This document shows positions 58,505 through 64,000 of a DNA stretch of 64,000 bases, in pieces. Within the stretch, counting starts at the first letter, position 1, and each line of letters starts with the position of its first letter. The DNA lies in NCBI GenBank assembly GCA_018334915.1, contig JAGXLB010000001.1:11017-75016 (forward strand). Reading direction: 5' to 3'. The position numbers and the translations under genes are program-made. Source of the stretch: Candidatus Bipolaricaulota bacterium. GTDB lineage: Bacteria > Bipolaricaulota > Bipolaricaulia > M55B111. The notes under the pieces were generated by a model. The model saw only the letters and a program-made list of their open reading frames with translations, had not been told where the DNA came from and ran no database searches.

Positions 58505-59800
58505 GTGCTTAACCAATTAGCCAGTATAGTAAAAATACCAGAGCTAAGAAAAAGGATTTTATTTACATTGGGGGCAATTGCGATATTCCGGGCCGGAACG
58601 CACATTCCGATACCGGGAATAAGCGTGGAGGCGCTGCAAAGACTATTCGAGCAGGGTGGAGGAAACATACTTCAGTACCTGAACATGTTTACGGGGGGTG
58701 CCCTTGGTCGAGGTACGTTATTTGGGCTGGGAATTACGCCTTACATAAATGCTTCCATTATTATGAGTCTTTTGACTGCGGTCGTGCCCAAATTAAAAGA
58801 ATTGCAACAGCAGGGACGGGAAGGAAAGAAAGTAATTACCAAATATACCAGGTACGGTACTCTTGCAATTGCTTTTATTCAGTCCTATGGGTGGAGCTAC
58901 TTCCTCGTTAGGCAGAAAATGGTTGAAGGTTCGGTTACAATGTTCTTCATAACTTCCGTCTTAGCTATGACCACGGGAACTGTTTTCCTTATGTGGCTTG
59001 GGGAAAGGATAACTGAAAACGGGATAGGAAATGGTATCTCCGTTTTAATTATGGCCGGTATTATGGCCAGGTTTCCAAGCCAGCTCTACAGTACCTGGGT
59101 TGAGGTAACTTACGGAAATGTTAGCCCGCTCTGGGGTCTGATTCTTATAGCTGTATTCATCGTGGTGATAGCGGGAGTAGTAATAGTTCAGCAGGGCAGG
59201 AGGAAAATAAGGATCCAGTACGCTAAGAGAACTGCTGGAAGGAAAGTTTACGGTGGACATACCAGCCATCTACCGATAAAGGTAAATCAAGGAGGAGTAA
59301 TCCCGATCATATTTGCCTCCGTTCTCCTTTCACTGCCAATGACCGTTGCCCAGTGGGCTCCGGGTCTCTCGTGGATGACAAGCTGGGTACAGCGCGGAAG
59401 TATTCCTTATTTGCTTGCCTACGTACTGTTGATCGTGTTCTTTACCTATTTTTACAGCTCAATAATATTTGATCCGAACGACGTCGCAAAAAACCTTAAG
59501 GAGTCTGGAGGATTTATACCCGGAGTTCGTCCAGGCCAGTCGACGGTTGAGTACATCCAATCGATACTAAATCGGTTGCTGCTGGTTGGAGCGCTGTTTC
59601 TTGGGTCGATTGCCGTGTTACCTTACGTGTTTACGGCTATCAGCGGATTGTCTTCGTTCTGGCTTGGAGGTACGTCAGTCCTAATTGTTGTCGGAGTCGG
59701 CCTTGATGTTTTAATGCAGATAGAGTCACACATGGTTATGCGACATTACGATAGCCTAACGGAAGCCGGCGGATCGGCAATACTGGGAAGGAGAAGCTGA
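58505..59800 (+). CDS. secY: Preprotein translocase subunit SecY
   Basis: LGITPYINASII, WLGERI...GIGNGIS, GVIPIIFA, PGVRPG, GGTS.LI.VGV. Confidence 0.99.
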   Translation: MLNQLASIVKIPELRKRILFTLGAIAIFRAGTHIPIPGISVEALQRLFEQGGGNILQYLNMFTGGALGRGTLFGLGITPYINASIIMSLLTAVVPKLKELQQQGREGKKVITKYTRYGTLAIAFIQSYGWSYFLVRQKMVEGSVTMFFITSVLAMTTGTVFLMWLGERITENGIGNGISVLIMAGIMARFPSQLYSTWVEVTYGNVSPLWGLILIAVFIVVIAGVVIVQQGRRKIRIQYAKRTAGRKVYGGHTSHLPIKVNQGGVIPIIFASVLLSLPMTVAQWAPGLSWMTSWVQRGSIPYLLAYVLLIVFFTYFYSSIIFDPNDVAKNLKESGGFIPGVRPGQSTVEYIQSILNRLLLVGALFLGSIAVLPYVFTAISGLSSFWLGGTSVLIVVGVGLDVLMQIESHMVMRHYDSLTEAGGSAILGRRS

Positions 59801-59801
59801 A

Positions 59802-60458
59802 ATGGTAACTCCCGCAGGAAATAATGAGCCCAACCTAGTGCTGCTGGGAGGCCCGGGTGCAGGTAAAGGGACTCAGGCTGAAAAACTTATGGAGGACAGA
59901 AAGATTCAGCATCTCGCGACCGGCGATATACTGAGGGACGAGGTAGATAAAGGTACAGAACTGGGACTTAAGGCAAAGAAGTATATGGACGAAGGAGAGC
60001 TGGTTCCCGACGAGCTGGTCGTGAATATGGTTGAAAAGCGATTAACAAAACAGAAAGGTTACCTGTTTGACGGCTTCCCCAGGACGATAGACCAGGCGAA
60101 AACTCTCGATGAGTTGATAAATTTAGATCTGGTTGCCTATATAAAAATAGACAAGTCGGAAGCCGTAAGGAGACTGGCGGCGAGAAGAGTATGTTCCGAA
60201 TGTGGTAAATTATATAATACGATATTTAAGCCCCCTGAAACGGAAGGAGTATGTGACGAATGTGGCGGTGATCTTTATCAGCGTGACGACGACAGACCAA
60301 AAGTTATCCGCGATAGATTTGAAACATTTTTGGAGGAAACGGCTCCGTTGATCGACTTTTACAGGGAGAAGGGACTGCTTCAAGAAATTGACGGAGAACA
60401 GGAACCGGAAAAGGTTTACAGAGAAATTAAGAGCGTCCTCCAGGAGAGTACCGGTTGA
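59802..60458 (+). CDS. adk: Adenylate kinase (zinc LID)
   Basis: GGPGAGKGTQ, GELVPD, DGFPRT, CSEC...CDEC, QR.DD. Confidence 0.98.
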   Translation: MVTPAGNNEPNLVLLGGPGAGKGTQAEKLMEDRKIQHLATGDILRDEVDKGTELGLKAKKYMDEGELVPDELVVNMVEKRLTKQKGYLFDGFPRTIDQAKTLDELINLDLVAYIKIDKSEAVRRLAARRVCSECGKLYNTIFKPPETEGVCDECGGDLYQRDDDRPKVIRDRFETFLEETAPLIDFYREKGLLQEIDGEQEPEKVYREIKSVLQESTG

Positions 60459-61210
60459 TGATCAAGATAAAATCCACTTCGGAACTTGAAATTATGAGAG
60501 AAAACGCTAGTATTTTGAGGAACATTCTTGACAAAGTAACCTCCAGGACTGAACCCGGTGTAACCACCCAGGAATTGGATAGTTACGCTGAAAACCTCAT
60601 TCACGACGTGGATGGAAGGCCCGCATTTAAGAACTATCGTGGTTTCCCCAGCTCTTTGTGTACGTCATTGAATGAAGAGATAGTTCACGGTATCCCGAGC
60701 AGCAGGGAACTTGAGACGGGAGATTTACTTTCCCTGGATATCGGGATAGAAAGGAACGGGCTGTTCGCTGATTTTGCGACTACGGTTCCCGTAGGAGAAG
60801 TATCTGAAAAAGCGATGAGCCTGATAGAAGCTACCGATGAGGCGCTTACTAAGGGGATTGAACAGGTGACAGTGGGAAATCGGATAGGCGATATTTCGCA
60901 CGTGATTGGGTCGTTTGTTAGTGAAGAAGGCTATCACGTGGTAAAGGAATTCGTCGGTCACGGTATTGGTAGAGATATGCACGAGGACCCTCAAATTCCG
61001 AACTACGGAGAGCCGGATACGGGTAAGAGAATAGAAGAAGGGATGGTTTTCTGTATTGAGCCGATGGTTAAGCTTGACGACAAGAAAGTGGAAGTTTTAG
61101 AGGATGGCTGGACCACTGTAACGGCGGACCGGGATATATCTGCTCACTTCGAAGGTATGGTTACAGCTACCGAGTACGGACCTGAAGTTTTAGTCAGGGG
61201 TGGTCTATAA
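60455..61210 (+). CDS. map: Methionine aminopeptidase type I
   Basis: [31 protein letters not shown]. Confidence 0.98.
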   Translation: MMIKIKSTSELEIMRENASILRNILDKVTSRTEPGVTTQELDSYAENLIHDVDGRPAFKNYRGFPSSLCTSLNEEIVHGIPSSRELETGDLLSLDIGIERNGLFADFATTVPVGEVSEKAMSLIEATDEALTKGIEQVTVGNRIGDISHVIGSFVSEEGYHVVKEFVGHGIGRDMHEDPQIPNYGEPDTGKRIEEGMVFCIEPMVKLDDKKVEVLEDGWTTVTADRDISAHFEGMVTATEYGPEVLVRGGL

Positions 61211-61215
61211 AAGCC

Positions 61216-61443
61216 ATGGCTGAAAAAGAAGACGACGATATCATAAGAAAGCGGGGAGAGATAGTTGAAGCGCTGCCCGATTCGATGTTTAAGGTCGAAC
61301 TGGACAATGGGCACGAGGCTATTTGCCATATATCAGGTAAGATAAGAAAGCATTTTATTAGAATAGTTCCTGGAGACAGGGTTCTGGTGGAGTTTTCGCC
61401 CCATGACTTGAGTAAAGGAAGGATAGTATACCGAGAGTCCTGA
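61216..61443 (+). CDS. infA: Translation initiation factor IF-1
   Basis: EALP..MF.VEL.NG, HISGK.R...IRI.PGD.V, KGRI.YR. Confidence 0.98.
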   Translation: MAEKEDDDIIRKRGEIVEALPDSMFKVELDNGHEAICHISGKIRKHFIRIVPGDRVLVEFSPHDLSKGRIVYRES

Positions 61444-61458
61444 TTGAGGGAGGTTGAT

Positions 61459-61572
61459 ATGAAGGTCAGAAGTTCGGTGAGAAAGATATGTGACGATTGT
61501 AAAATTATTAAACGGAATGGAAGAGTTGAGGTTATTTGTAAGAATCCGAAGCACAGACAACGTCAGGGTTAA
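61459..61572 (+). CDS. rpmJ: 50S ribosomal protein bL36
   Basis: Below the ORF-track cutoff; hand translation [37 protein letters not shown] after GGAGG. Confidence 0.98.
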   Translation: MKVRSSVRKICDDCKIIKRNGRVEVICKNPKHRQRQG

Positions 61573-61595
61573 TAAAAATAAATAGGTGATAAAGG

Positions 61596-61955
61596 ATGCC
61601 TAGATTAGCAGGTGTGGATATTCCGGAGGACAAGAAAGTCAAGATATCCCTTACATATATAAAAGGTATAGGGAGCAATCGGGCCAGAAAAATAGCCGAG
61701 ACTTCGGGAGTGGATCCCGATGAATTTGTTTACGATCTTACTGAAGCTGACGTAGCTAAACTTAGAAACGCGATTGATGAATATCGTGTAGAAGGTGACC
61801 TGGAGCGAAAGGTCGAGGCGGATATTGAGAGATTGAAGGATATCGGTTGTTATCGGGGGGAGAGACACAAGGAAGGGTTGCCGGTACGAGGACAGAAGAC
61901 TCAGTCTAACGCGAGAACTTGGAAAGGTCCGCGAGAATCGAAGGCGGGCAAATAG
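61596..61955 (+). CDS. rpsM: 30S ribosomal protein uS13
   Basis: RLAGVDIP, LTYI.GIG, CYRG.RH..GLPVRGQ.T..NART. Confidence 0.99.
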   Translation: MPRLAGVDIPEDKKVKISLTYIKGIGSNRARKIAETSGVDPDEFVYDLTEADVAKLRNAIDEYRVEGDLERKVEADIERLKDIGCYRGERHKEGLPVRGQKTQSNARTWKGPRESKAGK

Positions 61956-61985
61956 AGTTCGGATATGAAACAGGGAGAGATTTAA

Positions 61986-62321
61986 TTGGCACGCAAACAA
62001 GTAAAGCTGAATAAAGCGCGCGTCCACGTTAATGCTTCGTTTAACAATACGATATTGACGTTGACTGATACGGATGGAGACGTAATTTCCTGGGTTACCC
62101 CGGGTGCCGTGGGTTTCAAGGGTTCGCGAAAGGGTACTCCTTACGCCGCGCAGGTTGCTGCGGAAAACTTAGTTGAAGAATTACGCGATTACGGGGTTCA
62201 ATCGGTTATCGTAACAGTAAAAGGTACTGGATCAGGGAGAAACTCGGTAATCCAGACGATCGAGGGAGCAGGGATCGAGGTAACCAAAGTGGCAAACATA
62301 ACCCCCAGGGCACATAGTTGA
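61986..62321 (+). CDS. rpsK: 30S ribosomal protein uS11 (short C-terminus)
   Basis: ASFNNTI, GFKGSRK.TPYAAQ, KG.GSGR; ends NITPRAHS. Confidence 0.97.
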   Translation: MARKQVKLNKARVHVNASFNNTILTLTDTDGDVISWVTPGAVGFKGSRKGTPYAAQVAAENLVEELRDYGVQSVIVTVKGTGSGRNSVIQTIEGAGIEVTKVANITPRAHS

Positions 62322-62336
62322 CAGGAGGATATTGAT

Positions 62337-62960
62337 ATGGGAAGAGATACCGAAGCTAAATGTAAGAAATGTAGGAGAGAAGGTACGAAGTTGTTCTTGA
62401 AAGGGGAAAAATGCTATTCGGATAAATGCCCCCTGACGAGAAAGTCTTATCCCCCTGGCGAAGCCGGGGAGAGTAGGTCAAGGTGGTCTCAATATAGAAT
62501 AAGGTTGCGGGAAAAACAGAAAGCCCGTCGAATTTACGGGGTTCGAGAAGAGAAGTTCCGAAACTACTTTGAACAGTCCGACGAGAGCAAGGAAGTTACA
62601 GGCGAAGCCCTCCTGAAGACCCTGGAAAGACGGCTTGATAATGTTCTATATAGGAGTGGGCTGGCCGAGTCGCGCGATCAGGCGCGTCAGATGATTAATC
62701 ACGGCCACATAGAAGTAAATGGCCGATCGGTCGACATCCCTTCCTATATGACAGATGAGGGGGACGTAGTTGCCTTTAAGGACTCTTCCAGGAGTAAAGA
62801 GGGTTTGAGAAGTTTGGTCGACGAAGATAATCCTAGAATTCCGTCCTGGATAGACGTAGAAACTGATAACATGAGAGCTTCTGTTTTAACCGAACCCGCT
62901 ATTGAGGACGTTGAAGAGTCACTTCAAGTAAATAGAATTGTAGAGTTCTACTCTCGATAG
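62337..62960 (+). CDS. rpsD: 30S ribosomal protein uS4
   Basis: CKKCRREG.KLFLKG, EKQK, LERRLDN, ARQ...HGH, VEFYSR. Confidence 0.99.
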   Translation: MGRDTEAKCKKCRREGTKLFLKGEKCYSDKCPLTRKSYPPGEAGESRSRWSQYRIRLREKQKARRIYGVREEKFRNYFEQSDESKEVTGEALLKTLERRLDNVLYRSGLAESRDQARQMINHGHIEVNGRSVDIPSYMTDEGDVVAFKDSSRSKEGLRSLVDEDNPRIPSWIDVETDNMRASVLTEPAIEDVEESLQVNRIVEFYSR

Positions 62961-62985
62961 AGCATTAATAAATAGCGGAGGGCTA

Positions 62986-63942
62986 ATGTTAGAATATATT
63001 GAGCCAGAAGACGTTCATTTCGAAGAATTAGACAATACGCATGGCCGCCTTATTGTCGGCCCCCTGGAACGAGGTATGGGTACTACGCTGGGAAATTCTC
63101 TGCGCAGGGTGCTGATGTCGATGATACCTGGTGCAGCAGTGACCAGGGTCCGGTTTGACGGTAAGTATCACGAGTACGATACTATTGAGGGAGTAAGGGA
63201 AGACATTATTGAGATCATCATGAATGTCAAAGAGACCTCCCTTAGATTAGATAGAGCGGAAGAAAGAAAGATGTATCTTGAAGCCTCAGGGTCAGGTGAA
63301 GTAGTTACGGGTGACTTGCAGGTTGAGTCCGGGATAAAGGTTATCAACTCCGATCACGTATTGGCCCACCTGTCCGATGGAGCGGAAATAAACATGGAGA
63401 TGGATGTAGAGGCCGGTATGGGATATCGCTCCGCCGACGAAAACAAGGTCGAGGATTCTCCTCTATCCGTAATCCCCATTGACTCGAATTTTTCTCCTGT
63501 TGAAAAGGTCGATTTTGACGTAAGTAACGTAAGAGCCGGGGGTAAAGAAGACTGTGACAGGCTGGAACTTGAACTGGAAACGGATGGAGGAATTAGACCG
63601 GAAGAAGCCGTAGGTCGCGCATCTCGAATACTGGCCAGAAGGTTTGAACTATTTTCCAACTTGCCCGAGCATCCGTTTGGAGAACTGGGGACGTTACAGG
63701 AAGTTGAGGAAGAAGTACCCGAGGAATTCGAAGAGAGACTTGAAGATCTTGGATTTAACCAGCGAGCCTGTAACTTGCTTCAGGAGAAAGGTGTAGAAAC
63801 ACTTGAAGATTTGCTGGATCAGACTTCCGACAAATTACTCGATATTCATGGGTTCGGAAGCAAGACGCTTCAAAAGGTCGAAGATAAACTTGATGAACTG
63901 GGCTACTCGTTAGCTGATCAGGAGGAGGACAATGGATCATAA
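62986..63942 (+). CDS. rpoA: DNA-directed RNA polymerase alpha subunit
   Basis: PLERG.G.TLGNSLRRVL, HEY.TI.GV.ED, IDS.FSPV, alpha-CTD (R..N.L...G; FG.K.L). Confidence 0.99.
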   Translation: MLEYIEPEDVHFEELDNTHGRLIVGPLERGMGTTLGNSLRRVLMSMIPGAAVTRVRFDGKYHEYDTIEGVREDIIEIIMNVKETSLRLDRAEERKMYLEASGSGEVVTGDLQVESGIKVINSDHVLAHLSDGAEINMEMDVEAGMGYRSADENKVEDSPLSVIPIDSNFSPVEKVDFDVSNVRAGGKEDCDRLELELETDGGIRPEEAVGRASRILARRFELFSNLPEHPFGELGTLQEVEEEVPEEFEERLEDLGFNQRACNLLQEKGVETLEDLLDQTSDKLLDIHGFGSKTLQKVEDKLDELGYSLADQEEDNGS

Positions 63943-64000
63943 AACAAAGGGTTGGAATATTGCTAAATCGAGCCACCAGAAACAGATACTAGCTAATCTC
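63932..64000 (+). CDS. rplQ: 50S ribosomal protein bL17 (5' fragment, cut by the window edge)
   Basis: ATG after GGAGG; MDHKTKGWNIAKSSHQKQILANL resembles the L17 N-terminus; position after rpoA. Confidence 0.8.
   Translation, partial: MDHKTKGWNIAKSSHQKQILANL

Noticed and set aside
1..64000. CRISPR array, prophage, transposase, defence island or stop-codon recoding
   Set aside because: No regularly spaced direct repeats, no such ORFs, and conserved genes translate fully with the standard code.

Overview
This is core chromosomal DNA from a bacterium with a strongly acidic (Glu/Asp-rich) proteome. It is probably halophilic, and rpoC architecture plus gene content suggest Bipolaricaulota/Thermotogota-like affinity (inference only). 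The left 41 kb is mostly housekeeping: a PAS histidine kinase, Crp and Lrp regulators, guaA, folP, ribE-ribBA-ribH-hisS, yidC-jag-mnmE, a SigB/F-type sigma factor, radC, rplI, murJ, tRNA-Gln/Glu-ftsH-dxr, amrB-yicC-gmk-acpS, ispE-cmk-plsC-rpsA-plsY and era-deoC-recO-hpf-pcrA. The right 23 kb holds a stand-alone, insertion-rich rpoC and the str/S10/spc/alpha ribosomal cluster, which lacks tuf and rpmD. I found no CRISPR array, transposase, prophage or defence system. The most interesting signals are non-coding or subtle: (1) a riboswitch-like leader with a terminator upstream of guaA that I cannot match to a known class; (2) a family of short repeat modules shuffled between five intergenic regions, one forming a conserved hairpin and one resembling IS200/IS605 ends; (3) a 91-nt structured RNA candidate between ribE and yidC; (4) a C-terminally truncated uS11; (5) a tRNA-thiolase homologue with a degenerate PP-loop. 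All alignments and folds were done by eye.
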